In this document: in pieces, positions 29,399 to 29,907 of the stretch
Layout: the number at the start of each line of letters is the position of its first letter
Numbering within the stretch: position 1 is the stretch's first letter
Assembly (NCBI GenBank): GCA_030665485.1
Contig: DAOUZV010000001.1
Location: forward strand, 1 to 29,907
Direction of reading: 5' to 3'
Origin: Chloroflexota bacterium
GTDB taxonomy: Bacteria; Chloroflexota; Dehalococcoidia; JABGRK01
Length of the DNA: 29,907 nt
Translations under genes and position numbers: made by a program
The notes under the pieces: generated by a model
What the model was told of the DNA's origin: nothing
Database searches by the model: none
What the model saw: only the letters and a program-made list of their open reading frames with translations

Positions 29399-29907
29399 CT
29401 AACGTTTACTTCGCCTAATCAGCAGCAGTCCGTTTACTGCGCCTGGCACCGCTCCCTTAACCATGATTATATTGCGATCCTGATCGATTTTAATCACTTT
29501 AAGGTTCTTTACCGTTACTCTTTCGTTTCCCATATGGCCAGCCATACGCATCCCTTTAAAAACATGCCCCGGTGACGTTCCTGCGCCAACCGATCCAGGA
29601 GCCCTGCCGCGATCAGACTGACCGTGGGTTTTGGGACCGCCACTGAAGCCGTGACGCTTCATAACACCGGCAAAACCGCGACCTTTTGATGTGCCGATAA
29701 CGTCTACTGTGTCGTCGGCCTGGAATATATCGACGTTTACCACTTGGCCCACCTCAGCCTCAGGCACATTATCCACTCTGAACTCACGAAGGTTTTTGAA
29801 CAATCCTAGATCACCAAGGTGTTTTCTCTCAGGCTGATTCAGTTTCTTGGCGGCGCCATATGCCAATTGAACGGCGTTGTATCCCTCTTTATCTGCGGTT
29901 TTTACCT
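29399..29907 (-). CDS. rplC: 50S ribosomal protein L3, 5' end outside window (partial)
   Basis: Frame open to the window edge (VKTADKEGYNAVQL...). Also SKGRGFAG, GPKTHGQSD, RAPGS and VKGAVPG. Confidence 0.98.
   Translation of the reverse strand, partial: VKTADKEGYNAVQLAYGAAKKLNQPERKHLGDLGLFKNLREFRVDNVPEAEVGQVVNVDIFQADDTVDVIGTSKGRGFAGVMKRHGFSGGPKTHGQSDRGRAPGSVGAGTSPGHVFKGMRMAGHMGNERVTVKNLKVIKIDQDRNIIMVKGAVPGAVNGLLLIRRSKR

Overview
Core-genome window from an anaerobic bacterium. Gene content and order resemble Dehalococcoidia (Chloroflexota); this is inferred from memory of that class, not from a search. The plus strand carries the 3' part of nadB, then nadC. Next comes a separately promoted three-gene nickel-chaperone module (66-aa His-face helical protein, CooT, CooC) with no CODH/ACS client gene in the window, and then a convergent 85-aa four-Cys orphan. 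A SAM-cycle and adenosyl-salvage supercluster follows: apt, mtnA, mtnP, a single-barrel folate-independent methionine synthase (MesB/core-MetE type), a 79-aa low-complexity protein, ahcY and metK. It runs straight into three GDP-mannose-type genes (nucleotidyltransferase, phosphomannomutase, archaeal-type PGI/PMI). The minus strand carries the canonical S10-spc-alpha ribosomal superoperon from rplC (partial) to truA-rplM-rpsI, including rpmJ, which the ORF track misses. The best candidates for something new are non-coding or small. (1) The 165-nt ahcY leader, in which one strand can pair either as an 11-bp terminator-like stem or with the ahcY Shine-Dalgarno and start codon; it matches no SAM/SAH riboswitch I recognise. 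(2) A perfect 8-4-8 palindrome between back-to-back promoters ahead of apt. (3) The orphan Ni module next to a methionine synthase whose family is fed by the Ni-dependent ACS/corrinoid protein system. No tRNA, rRNA, CRISPR array or mobile element was seen.
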